Origin: Octopus sinensis
Taxonomy: Eukaryota
DNA: 64,000 nucleotides
Direction of reading: 5' to 3'
Assembly: GCF_006345805.1 (NCBI RefSeq)
Contig: NC_043011.1
Location: forward strand, 28,842,464-28,906,463
In this document: positions 1-12,631 of the stretch, in pieces
Position numbering within the stretch: the first letter of the stretch is position 1
How the letters are laid out: every line of letters starts with the position of its first letter
Made by a program: the position numbers and the translations under genes
Notes under the pieces: generated by a model
Told to the model about the DNA's origin: nothing
Seen by the model: the letters and a program-made list of their open reading frames with translations, nothing else
The model's database searches: none

Positions 1-150
1 TTGAACTTATTGAAGATCGTGCGTATATTCGGTCTGATGTTTTCTTTGGTTCTTTAAATTGTTCTAGACTTTGCTTTATATAGTAAGTTGTTTCGCAGTT
101 CCTGTTGAACATATTCCATTTTGAAACTCATTTAACATTTTAATATTCAT

Positions 151-540
151 TAAGGCTGCCATCTGTGTAGTGACATTTCGTCCATCTTTATGTTCTGACT
201 TCAGATCTCGCCGAAGTCGACTTTATCTTTCATTTTCTTTCGGGGTCGATAATGTATGTACCGGTTGATCAATGGGGTCGAAGTAATCGACTTGTTCTCT
301 TCTCGAAATTGTTGGCCTTGTACAAAAATTTGAAACTAATGTTCTTTAAGGTGATCAACTAGCAAAGTCATTAGCACGCCGGGGAAAATGGTTAGCGGCA
401 TTCCGTCCGTCTCTAGTTCTGAGTTCAAATTGTGCTGAGATCAACTATACTTTTCATTCTTTCAGAATTTGTTAACTTGATGAATTGATGTCAGTCCTCG
501 AGTATAGAAAGGGAGAAAAACTAAAGGTGGAAACAAATAT
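151..540 (+). mobile_element. Two adjacent copies of SINE family A (tRNA-like head, (ATT)n tail)
   Basis: taaggc...ttagc...ttctgagttcaaat...gtcgacttt...cctttcggggtcgataa motif set, repeated dozens of times in the window. Confidence 0.8.
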
Positions 541-853
541 GTGTGACTGTATGTGTGTGTGTGTGTGTGTGTGCGTATGTGCGTGCCGGAATACATATAC
601 ATGTGTTTATAACACACCACACGCACACACACCACACACACACACACACACCACACACACACACACACACACATAATATATATATAGCATATATATATAT
701 ATACCACATACACACACATGAGTATAGATTTATAAATTCAAAGGATATTTTAATCAGATGCTTATGCCGAGTTCATTCCCTTGCTTTTACTTACGACTCC
801 CTTTTGAAGACTCAAGGCCAATCAATTATTGATCTGACCTATCGCTTTCTTAG

Positions 854-991
854 CTTAGAGATAAAAAGAATTACGATGAAGCCTTGCTAGTGTCTATTGA
901 AACTCATATCATTGATATACGGTTAATTGAGCCCAATAGGGATAAAAGGCGACTTGAAGTAGTGTCTTTTATGATGATGTGGAAATATCGT
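854..991 (+). CDS. Candidate upstream exon (46 codons), product unknown
   Basis: Pyrimidine-rich acceptor ctttcttAG (852-853), stop-free frame LRDKKNYDEALLVSIETHIIDIRLIEPNRDKRRLEVVSFMMMWKYR, perfect GTAAGT donor at 992. Non-repetitive sequence. No homology recognised. Confidence 0.4.
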
Positions 992-1204
992 GTAAGTTGC
1001 GTGCTGCGAGAGTTGTATTAGCTTGTTGGATGGTGTGTTCTGTCTGTGATATGAACATAAGTATTCTCTTTTAAGTAGCAATCGATTTTTAAAGGAATCA
1101 CTCACTAAAATCTAAAACTCATCTGCATTATATCTTCCTGTTGTACCTCTTCATCATTACATATTCCTCCTTTTCATTGTTGTTGTTGTTGTTAACATCG
1201 TTAA

Positions 1205-1370
1205 TTAATGCTGCGAGCTGACAGAATCATTAGCATGCCGGACAAAATGCTTAGTGGCATTCTGAGTTCAAATACCGCCGAGGTCGACTTTACTTTTTAT
1301 CTTTTCAGAGTAAAAAAAAAACAAGCACCAGTCGAGCACTGGGATCGATGTATTCGACCTCCACGCCCCT
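1205..1370 (+). mobile_element. SINE family A
   Basis: gcgagctgacagaatcattagcatgccggacaaaatgcttag...tctgagttcaaataccgccgaggtcgacttt. Confidence 0.8.
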
Positions 1371-1558
1371 CTAAACTTTAGCGCACGACCCCCTCACACC
1401 TACGCCCCCTCCACGGCACACCCCAGCCACGCCACGGCATCCACGCCCCTCCACGCCTCCACCACTGCCCCTCTATATATATATATATATATATACTTGA
1501 ATAATGGAACTGCAAATACAATATCCTTATGTATCTCACTATTATATATATATATATA

Positions 1559-1858
1559 AATCGTGATCACGTGACCGACCAGGCTATCAGATGTTGTTAC
1601 ACGTCGCTGGTCACAATGCGCTTCACATTGTTTTAGCCTTCAAATGACGCCACCCCACTGGCTAAGTGAGCAGGCCAACAGAAGAAAGAGTGAGAGAAAG
1701 TTGTGGTGAAAGAGTACAGCAGTGATCGCTAGAGCTGGAGCCTCATGGAGTTTTAGGCGTTTTCACTCAATAAACACTCACAATGCCCGGGCTGGGAATC
1801 AAAACCGCGATCCTACGGCCGTGAGTCCACTGCCCTAACAACTGGGCCATTGCGCCTC
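1559..1858 (-). mobile_element. SINE family C (tRNA-derived head), alternative tail
   Basis: Reverse complement begins gaggcgcaatggcccagttgttagggcagtggactcacggccgtaggatcgcggttttgattcccag, the same head as the copy at 21914. Confidence 0.8.
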
Positions 1859-2419
1859 CACATATATATATGTGTTTAATCCATCTGAGCATGAAGAATT
1901 AGACATTAATGATGATGACAATAAATTGAAGGCAATAACCATCAACATTTATTTGTCTAGTAATTGATAATATCAAGAACAAGAATGGGAGGAGGAGAAG
2001 GACGACGACGACGAGGAGGAGGAGGAGAAAGAGGAGAAGGAAGAGGATTTTTATCAAGCAAATAATTTTCCTTGAAATGAAATTCACAATTTATTAATTA
2101 TTAACTTCCAAGCTGTAAATTTGAGTGAAAAAGACCAATTACACATCAGTGGGGCATTAATGGCATGAATCTATCCAGAAAATCATCAAGAACTACCCTA
2201 TAAGTCATCAGATTACTCCACCATCCAAATTCTTTATCTGTTTGTTTATTTATCCAACTTTGGGCCATTTATCTGCCTATCTACTTCTGTTCTTGCAACT
2301 GTATCATCATGTCTGACCATTCTCCCAATCATGTTCCTTCCTATATGAAAGAAATAAGATGGGAGCCCCCTCTGTTTGATTGCTTGATCAGTTAGTAATT
2401 GCATCTTTATTTCACTTCA

Positions 2420-2450
2420 AATCACAGTCTGCCGCCGCCGCCGCCGCTGC

Positions 2451-2499
<49 letters not shown>

Positions 2500-2825
2500 T
2501 TCTTCTTCTTCTTCTTCTTCTTCTTCTTCTCATCCTCCTCATCCTCATTCTCCTCATCCTCATCCTCCTCATCTTCATCCTCCTTCTTCTTCTTGGTGGT
2601 GGTTGTGGTATTAGTTGTCATCACCATCATCTTCCATTTCTTCTTTCATATCTTCTTCTTCTTCTTCTTCTTCTTCATCTCATCCTCCTCATCCTTCTCA
2701 TCCTCATCCTCTTCATCCTCTTCATCCTCATCCTCCTCATCCTCCTTCTTCTTTGTGGTGGTTGTGGTATTAGTTGTCATCACCATCATCTTCCATTTCT
2801 TCTTTCATTTCTTCTTCTTCTTCTG
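2420..2825. repeat. Compound trinucleotide microsatellite (GCC/ATC/TTC/TCC) with internal block duplication
   Basis: Visible runs. The block ...cttcttggtggtggttgtggtattagttgtcatcaccatcatcttccatttcttctttcat occurs twice. Confidence 0.9.
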
Positions 2826-3471
2826 ATGCTGCTACTGTCGCTGCCCCCCCCCCCCCTTGTCCTCCCCCATTTTCCTTCAGTATTATCACTTACCAAACCA
2901 AAAAATAAACCGAGATGGTCATTACCATCAGTTTACTGAACAAAAAAAAAAAGCTTAGACAACAAAATGGAAAGAAAAATTAGCTTTCCTCAATTTCCAT
3001 ATGAAACTTGAATTCTTTATTTGGTTTTTAAAAAAAATTATCCTTCTAGCCATATTGGAGCTGTGCCACAATCTCCTAAGTGTCTTTTAACATATCTTCA
3101 TATTTTTTTTGTATATCTGTGTGTGTGTGTGTGTAAGTGTGAACTAGGTTGTGATTGGATTTATCTTCCATTGTCATATTGCTTGAAAGAATGTATTTTC
3201 TCTTCTTATAGTATCATTATTAATATCGCTACTAAGGCGGCGAGCTGGCAGAATCGTTAGCATGCTGGGTGAAATGCTTAGCAGTATTTCATCTGCCACT
3301 ACGTTCAGTGTTCAAATATATATTATTTTGTCTTGAGGGAGTCATTCTGTTTTAATGCCTAATTAATTAATTAATAAGACATTAAAACAGAATGTCTCTT
3401 CCCAGACACAATAAAATTTGCTTCAACACACGAATTCACTTAAAGAATCTGGCCAACCAAATACAAAAGCA

Positions 3472-3518
<47 letters not shown>

Positions 3519-4513
3519 TATGGATGTATGTATATCCAGCCATCACTCTATCTTTCTTTGCTGTATATTGGTGTAATTCACATATGCATAGATATATATT
3601 ACAGGCTTTGTAATAAGAAGGAAAGAAAAAAATAAAGGCTCGTAGTTTGACTTGGCAAAACAAACTTCAAAACAAAATACAAGAAATGGAAATACTCTGC
3701 CCTCTAACTGGAAAACTTGTTGCATGAAACTATACACTTTCACTACCTGAATCTCTTAGCCAATCCTCCTGAATTTGTTATACATGTCAAAGAAAGAGAC
3801 AGATTGAATCACACACTTTTTCCCTTGACATCACTTCCTCCCTCTTTTCCAGTGCCTAACATCTCTCTTCAGGCTTCTTCCAGCTTTCTTCTACCAAATC
3901 CACTCACAAGGCTCTAGTCAGCCTGTAGCTATAATAGAAGACATTTGCCCAAGGTACCATACCTATTTTTTTACTACCCACAAGGGGCTAAACACAGATG
4001 GGACAAACAAGGACAGACAAACGATTTAAGTCGATTACATCGACTCCAGTACGTAACTGGTACTTAATTTATCGACACCAAAAGGATGAAAGGCAAAGTC
4101 GACCTCGGAAAAAATAAAATATGGAACGCTTCACGAATTTGCATGTCATACCAAGGTACCATACCATGAGACTGAGCCCAAAACCATGTAACCAAGAAGT
4201 GAACTTCTTAACTGCACAACCATGCCCACAACCAACACAGTGAGGATATTTGCTTTCCCTCCCCAAATCATCAGAATAATTAAAATGATATTAGTCATGG
4301 ACTAATATTGATTTTTACCTCCCTGCATACATAATTATTGCAAATTTTTAAGACTTTTATTTATATTGTTAATTACTATTTTGTCACTCCTTAACTATTC
4401 TGCAAAAGATTTCTCTTTACATCAGCATAGAAAATAATCTTTGACAAGTGAGTGAGTCACTTTTCTGATTCAATCTCATCTATTTTGATAGTCATATATT
4501 TCAAGATATAATA

Positions 4514-4567
<54 letters not shown>

Positions 4568-5439
4568 AACCAATGTAAATGTAAATTACTTTAATGAATA
4601 AATAATATTTGCTTATAGATAATATATATATTTACATATGTTGTAGTAATGTAAAACCGATTGTTGTTTTCTGAAATAAGTGTTACGTGTTTGAATGACA
4701 GCATGTTGAGTTTAGTGAAATAAATGAGAAATTTATAGAAATGCTGTAGAGCAGTGTATTTGCAGTATGCTATGAATATATAATGAAAAGTGTGTGGCTT
4801 AGTGATTTGGGTGTTACAGTCACTGTCACAAGATCATGGCTTTGATTTCCAGACCAGGCAGTGCATTGAATTTTTGAGCAAGACACTTTATTTCACATTG
4901 TTTCAGTTAACTCAGCTGTAACAGACCAGCATCCTGTTCTAGAGGAATTTTGTGATTTTGGTCACACTTATACACTGTTGAAGAAGGCTCAGTAGACAAA
5001 GCGTCAAGCTCACAATCATGAGGTAGTGAGTTCGATTCCCAGACTAGGTAGTGTGTTGTGGTTCTTAAACAAGACACCTTATTTCATGATGCTCCAGTCT
5101 ACTCAGCTGTAGAAATGAGTTGTGGCATCACTGGTGCCAAGCTGTATCAGCCTCTGCCTTTCCCTTGGACAACATCTGTGGTGTGGAGAAGGGAGGCTGG
5201 CATGCATCGGCAACTGCTGGTCTTCCATAAACAATCTTACCCAGAGTTGTACCTTGGAGATGCAATCTAGATGCGATCCCATGGTTACTCATGACCCAAA
5301 GGGGTCTTTACCCTTCTACACTATAGGGACTGAGTAGCCAGCCCTATGAATTCTAGGACTTGAGATGATATAAACCCATAGCTCTGGTGTCAATGAAGTA
5401 GCTCTTATGTAGTTATGTAGAAGTGTATAATAGTCCTTT

Positions 5440-5935
5440 TTATTATAGGCACAAGGCCTGAAATATTGGGGGAAGTGGATAGCCAATTACATCAACCCTG
5501 GTGCTCGATCCCAAAAGGGATGAAGGGCAAAGTCAACCTTGGCAGAATTTGAACTTAGAACATACAGATAGACAAACAGACAAAATGCTGCTAAACATTT
5601 TACTTGGCATGCTAATGATTCTGTCAGCTCACCGCATAATAATAATAATAATAATAAGAAGAAGAAGAAGAGAAGAAGAAGAAGAAGAATCCTTTCTACT
5701 AAATGCACAAGGCCTGAAATTTGGAGGAAGTTGATTACATCGACCCCAATACTCAACTGGTACTTATTTTATCGACCCCAGTACCCAACTGGTACTTATT
5801 TTATCAACCCCGAAAGAGTTGAAAAGTAAAGTTGACCACAAAGGAATTTGAACTCAGAACATACAGATGGACAAAATGCTGCTAAGCATTTAACCCAGCA
5901 TGCTGACATTTCTGCCAGCATGTTGCCTAATGATG

Positions 5936-6001
<66 letters not shown>

Positions 6002-6215
6002 TATATTATTATTATTGTTAAGGTAACAAGGTAGCAATATCATTAGCATGCTGGGCAAGACGTTTGTCTTTACATTCTGAATCCAAATGCTGCAGAAGTC
6101 AACGTTGCCTTTCATCCTTTCATGTCTATGAAATAAGCTCCAGCTGAGAACTGGTGTCAAAGTGATTGACTAGCCTCTTCCCCCAAGCTTTTAGGCCTTG
6201 TGCCTATAACAGAAG
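5440..6215. mobile_element. Cluster of SINE family A copies (two on -, one on +) separated by (AAT)/(ATT) tracts
   Basis: Repeated gcacaaggcctgaaat...tacatcgacccc...caactggtacttattttatcgacccc...gaatttgaactcagaac. 35-bp internal duplication at ~5745-5810. Confidence 0.8.
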
Positions 6216-6790
6216 TTATTGTTGTTGCTTTTGTTTCTTATGTATTCATTTTAGTTTCCAAAAGATGGAACTGGCTTCGTACAATCTATATATTAATCTG
6301 CTTGTCTAGTTAATTAGAGAAGTGGAGGTGGAGTGAGTGAGACGTGGAGTCAAAGTGAGTGAGAGGGGGAGAAATGCAAGTAGAGAAGAAAGAAGCGAGG
6401 AGTATAATAATACACTAAGGCCAAATGTGTCATGTGATTAGTTGAAGGGAGAGGTGAAGAGCGAAAGAAAAAGATGGTGAGAGAAAAGTGGGAGAGAGAA
6501 GTGTTAATGATGTGCCATAAGTTGAGGAGGGAAAGATGAAGAGAAAGAGAGAAATATAAAGTGCTTAGCAGAGGGAAATTTTAAAATCATATAATATATA
6601 ATTGTGACTGGAAGTGAAATAACTGAGCAAAATTAAAATAAAAATCATCCTTTCTTTCTTAAATAGCTTCTCTTAATCTATTTTATTCTGTGGAATTTCC
6701 AGAGGTCCCACTAGTTCTGTGGAACTTCCATATGACCCACTAGTGGAATTTCCACAGGTCCCACTAGAACTTTTGAAGAGGATTAGTCCT

Positions 6791-6980
6791 TACAGTTCTA
6801 TATTTAAGAGATGAGGAATTATGTACATAATTTACATTTGATGGATATTTGTCCTAATCTTGTTCGTTGTTAATACAACGTTTCAGCAGATATACCCTCC
6901 AGCCTCCTTCAGGCATCTTGGGGTCGAACTCGGAATCTTGGGGTTAGTAGCCTGCACTCTTAACCACTACGCCATATGCC
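6791..6980 (-). mobile_element. SINE with tRNA-type promoter joined to a degenerate hammerhead module
   Basis: On - strand: A box TGGCGTAGTGG (6964-6974) and B box GAGTTCGACCCC (6920-6931), then ctgaagga-ggctg...ctgct-GAAACGTT, then an AT-rich tail. Confidence 0.75.
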
Positions 6981-7015
6981 TTAGGAATGAGAACTCTGGT
7001 TTGAAATTTCCCCAA

Positions 7016-7061
7016 GACACCTGATGAAGGCTGGAGGGTACATCAGCCGAAACATTGTGTT
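7016..7061 (+). ncRNA. Minimal type I hammerhead ribozyme fold, probably decayed
   Basis: GACAC|CTGATGA|A|GGCTG-10nt-CAGCC|GAAA|CAT|T|GTGTT. Stem I 5 bp, stem II 5 bp. Stem III is ACAT where the inverted sister copy has the palindrome ACGT (consistent with CpG decay). Confidence 0.65.
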
Positions 7062-7660
7062 AACAACAAACAAGATGAGGACAAATATCCATTGAATGTA
7101 AATAATGTAAATAATGCAGTATTAGTCCTTAGCAGAAACAACAGCAAGCAAAACCTAACTCATGGGATCTCACATGTTGTGTGATGGGAGTTTCACCTTA
7201 AATATATATATACGTTTTAAACACATTTGTTTTACTTACTGCGTATTTCGTTTATAATAATTTATCTATATATCTATTATATCTTTTTAGTTTTATGCAC
7301 ACTTTTAAAATCCCTACTTTGCATTGGATCTCTGACTCACCCACCTTCTTCATTTTGATATAAATTTTGTGTCCTGCACCCCCCCCCCACCATCTCACCA
7401 TCACATCTTGTCATAACATTTCATATTTATTTTACTTTAATGACGATGTATGTAATTGCCTTCATCATCATCATCATCATCATCATCATTATTATTATTG
7501 TTGTTGTTATTATCATTATCATCACCTTTATTTTATTATTATTATTATTATTATTATCATCATCATTATTATTATTATTATTATTATTATTGTTGTTATT
7601 ATTATTATCATTATCATCACCACCTTTATTTTATTATTATTATTATTATTATTATCATCA

Positions 7661-7703
<43 letters not shown>

Positions 7704-7720
7704 CTTCTGTTTCATTACAG

Positions 7721-7829
7721 TCAGGAAGAGGCCGTTAAGATAGAGGATGAGCTGCTAACAGAATATGCTTTCAATGTTCCACAACTATTAGAGTTGGCAG
7801 GATATAGCTGTGCTGTGGCCATTACACAG
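7721..7829 (+). CDS. NAXE: YjeF_N / NAD(P)HX epimerase-family gene (NAXE/YJEFN3-like), internal exon A (phase 2 start, phase 0 end)
   Basis: Acceptor ttcattacAG (7719-20), donor GTgaag (7830). Translates (S)[36 protein letters not shown], aligning with NAXE [37 protein letters not shown]. 109 bp. Confidence 0.95.
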
Positions 7830-9358
7830 GTGAAGCATTTCTCATATTGATTCAGACAGATTCTCAAATATGTTTAGATTCTTGCAATTTGTTTCTGTTA
7901 TTGTTGTTGCTGCTGTTGCCGTTGTTGTTGTTTTACTACTCTACAAGATGTGCATGTGCGTGAGTGTGTGTGTGTGTGTGTGTGTGTGTATGTTTGCTGG
8001 TGTTAATTTTGTAGGACTGCATGTGTGTGTTTTATGATATTGTGTTCGCTTTATGGTACTGTTTGCATGTGTGTGTGTGTGTGTGAGTGTGTATGTGTGT
8101 GCATGTTTGTGTGCATGTGTGTGTGTGTGTGCGTGTGTGTGTGTGCATGTGTGTGTGTATGTGAGTTAGCATATTTATAGTACTGTTGTTTTTGAGGTAC
8201 TGTGCATGTGTGTATATGTGTGTATTTTTCTCTGCTATTATTACTATACATGCATACACACACACACACACGCACACACACACGCACACACACGCACACA
8301 CACGCACACACACATACACACACACAATAACAAATTCACAAAATCACAAAAATATATGAATTAATACATACAGAAATATGAAACAACATACTTATATACA
8401 CAGGTGCTCTCTCACCCCTTTCTCTTGTTTTCCTTTGCCCTTTCCCTCCTGCTTCCCTCTTTCCCACCACTCTCTCTCTCTCTAACAAACATATCCATGC
8501 CAACATTTCTATCACTAATGGACAGCACTTACAAAATTGGTAAACAGCACACCGCCCATAATTTTTGGGAACTTTTATTTTTCATGCTCAGAATTGCCAA
8601 AGCATGGAATAAACAACCCATGCCAGTTGTTAACTGTCAGGACACTACATCCTTCACAAAATTCCATGCTTTCCAAAATTCACCAACACTGTTCCTGTTG
8701 TGTCTATACACCTTCGTTCTTCTTTATGACTTTTTTCATACTTCTTCGTTTTCTTGTGTTTTACTATGAGTACCATATATGTACTTTGAGCTGTATTTGC
8801 TGTTTTTATTTACTGGACTTATCACTTTTTGTTGCCTCTTTTCACCTTTTTTTTAACTCTTTCTTGACAAGTTGTTGTATGACTGAGCCAGGGGCTTATA
8901 TTCCGGGTGTGCTAGGTATGCAGTGCACACCAATCGAAAATGGCAAATTCATTATAAATATTGACCTCATTCATTAATTTAATCACAAATCTCAACAGAA
9001 AACTTTGAAATTTGGTGGCATTGGCTGTAGCAACACACCCAACACAATAACCACCATATGTCAGTGGAATAAGCTCTATATACAATAAGCTTGTTACTTA
9101 AAGTGGAAAACTGACAGAATCATTAGCAGATCAGACAAAACGCTTAGCAGTTTTAATTCTTGCTCACCAAGATCATCTTTGCCTTTCATCCTTTCAGGAT
9201 CAATAACATAAATACAGTTGAGTGCTAGGGTCAATGTAATCAATTATCTCCTTCCACCAAAATTTGCAGTTTTGTGTCTATAGTAGAAAGGGTAATTATT
9301 ATTATTATTATTATTATTATTATTTATTATTATTATTATTATTATTATCATTATTATT

Positions 9359-9905
9359 GAGTGAGAGAGCAGTGCATTCCATCAAAGTGACACTGGGGTA
9401 AAATATACAAATCCCAGTATACTCATCATGACTACCCGTCTGATAAGGGTACACCAGGCACATGCATCACAAAGTTATGTGTGCAACACAGTGATCTCAT
9501 ATCAAGATAAACAGCGCATAACCTTGCAGGTGGGGCCCAGTTAGAATTTTCTTCTGGTCGAGTTGCCCATCCCACTCAAAAGGTCCTTGAATAAGGGTTG
9601 TTTAAGGATGTTGAACGAACCACCCATGTTTCCAAAGCTGAATTATCCAAACCTCCAAGAATTCCTTTCAACACACAGCTATGATGCTCCCCCACTACTT
9701 CTGCTTGTGATCAGAGATGCACATATCATCAGCCACTAAGAGACATGCTCAACTGGTTAAGTCAAACAACTAACAAGAAAATCTGTGGTATTGAGCAGAA
9801 TATTTGCTGTAGCCCATCTTTTATACCAAGACAAAACAATGTACATGATAACACTTCCAACCAGTTAAGATCAGAAGCCACAAGAGCCACTGCCTGGTAC
9901 TGCAT
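9359..9905 (-). mobile_element. ~550-bp non-coding element with (AAT)n tail, copy 1 (family D)
   Basis: Colinear with copies at 10275 and 13781. All begin (att)n-gagtgagaga on +. Confidence 0.85.
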
Positions 9906-9907
9906 TA

Positions 9908-10014
<107 letters not shown>

Positions 10015-10274
10015 AGATGTATGAAGGTGATGAACTGGCAGAATCCTTAGCATGTTGGATAAAACGTTTAGCAGCATTTCTTCTGGCTCTTTCTATTCTG
10101 CATTCAAATCCTACAAATTAATCCTTCTAGGATCAATAAACTTAAGTATCAGTCAAATACTGGGTCAATATAATCAATAATCCTCTTTCCCTGAAATTAC
10201 AGGCCTTGTGCTAAACTTAAAGAGAAATTATTACTATTATCACTAGTATTATTATTATTATTATTATTATTATT

Positions 10275-10826
10275 GAGTGAGAGAGCAGTTCATGCCATCA
10301 AAGTGACACTGGGGTAAAATATACGAAGCCCAATATACCCATCATGACTACCCGTCTGATAAAGGTACACCAGGCACATGCATCACAACCATATGTGCGC
10401 GACATGGTGATCTCATATCAAGGTAAACAGCACATGACCTTGCAGGTGGGGCCCAGTTAGAATTTTTTCAGATTGAGTAGCCCATCCCGCTCAAACGGTC
10501 CCTGAATAAGGGTTGTTTAAGGATGTTGAAAGAACCACCCATGTTTCCAGAGGTGAACTATTCAAACCCCAAAGAATCCCTCTCAACACATGGCTATGAT
10601 GCTCCCCCACTACTTCTGCTCGTGATCAGAGATGCACATATCGTCAGCACTAAGGGACATGCTCAACTGGTTATGGTCAAACAACTGACAAGCAAATCTG
10701 TGGTATTGAGCAGAATATTTGCTGTAGCCCATCTTTTATACCAAGACAAAACAATGTACATGATAACACTTCCAATCAGTTAAGATCAGAAGCCATGAGA
10801 GCCACTGCCTGGTACTGCATCAGGGC
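10275..10826 (-). mobile_element. Family D copy 2
   Basis: Colinear with copy 1 over the full length; flanked by (ATT)n on both sides. Confidence 0.85.
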
Positions 10827-10827
10827 A

Positions 10828-10917
<90 letters not shown>

Positions 10918-10954
10918 GTTGTTGTTGTTGTTGTTGTTATTATTATTATTATTG

Positions 10955-11012
<58 letters not shown>

Positions 11013-12384
11013 CTACTCAATACCTATGAAGGCACATGGCTTTATGGTTTGGGTTTTCAGCTCATGATCCTGAGGTTATGAGTTCAATTCCAGGTAGCAC
11101 ATTGTGTGCTTCTGCAAAACACTTTATTTCATATTCCTCCAGTTCACACAGTTGGCAAAAATGGGTTGCACATATATTTTAAAAGGCCAACATTGTCACA
11201 TTGTGTCTCACACTGAACCTCTCTGACAACTACATTAAGGGTACATGCGTTTGTGACATGCACAGCTGCCTGCATGATAATTTCATGAGCTGGCTGTTCC
11301 ATTTATAAGATCAACCGGAACACTCATCATCATTATAATCAACAGAGTGCCAGTTAAGTTAATATTCAGACATGCAGAAATGTTCAGCTACATAAAAAAA
11401 ATATGGATTTCTAAAAGTTTCTGTTGAATTTAAAGTAATCTAAAGTAATCTACCATACTTAACAAAATTATCAAAATAATATTATGGGTATGTCTGTGCC
11501 GGTGGCATGTAGAAAATATTCATTACACTCTTGGAGTGGTTGGCATTAGGAAGGGCGTCCAGCCATAGAAATCAAGCTAAATCTGGAACCTGGTGCAGCT
11601 CTCTGGCGTTTTTACAAGTTCCGGTCAAACTGTCTATTCCATGCCAGCATGGAAAGCAGATGTTAAATGATGATGATTATGATCATCATCATCATCATCA
11701 TCATATTGTCTTTTCCTCACCACCATTATTTCTATTTTTTTTTCTTAACGCTCTTTGAATTGTGTTGATAGAAATTTAATTATTGTCTAAAAATGTTAGT
11801 AAAACAAAATAAAGGAATCGGAATCACTTACATTTCTAAGCTATAAGCCAGCCCAGTCCTGTCTGAGCAGATTTATGCTGAGAGACATTCCAGTTGTGAC
11901 CACCCTCTACAATCAACTAAATGCATTTCTGATTTTTTTTTTTTATTATTATTTTTTTGTAGACATTAGAATGTGATTTCAGGAATGTATGACTGCTATT
12001 TCTAACAGACCAAGAAAAATATAGTGGTTCTTCTATTGGTGTGTGGTTTACTCATAGTTATTTAGTTCAAGGCCATCATAACATTTTTTGACCATTTATC
12101 AAGATATATCTCTTAACCCATGAAAAGTTAGCAAGAAATGTAAAATGCTGTCTTTTATGTTTTACTTGTTTCAGTCATTAGACTGTGGCCATGCTGAGGT
12201 ACAGACTTGAAGAATTTTTAGTCAGTACTTATTTTTTCTTCAGCCTGGTATTAATCTATCAGTCTCTTTTGTCGAACAGCTAAGTTATCAGAGCACAAAC
12301 ACACCAACACTGGCCATCAAGTGGTTATAGGAGACAAACATGAATACACACCCATACACACAAATGCACACACACACACACACA

Positions 12385-12425
<41 letters not shown>

Positions 12426-12600
12426 CTGTTATATAGTGTGATGATGGGGACTGCTATCTCTAAATAACACACACATATATATATACTTTATTGAAAAACA
12501 GCTACTTTTCGATAAACCATATTACTCTACCTTTGGTATTTGTGTACTTTTTTCCATCTTGTTTCACATTTATGTGCTTACTCTGATATATATATATATG

Positions 12601-12631
<31 letters not shown>

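Noticed and set aside
971-991. MMMWKYR as a stand-alone first exon spliced to 7721
   Set aside because: Phase 0 donor is incompatible with the phase 2 acceptor at 7721; kept only as part of the 854-991 hypothesis.
6310-6570. Purine-rich stretch as a possible exon or promoter
   Set aside because: Low-complexity GA-rich DNA with no splice-bounded frame.
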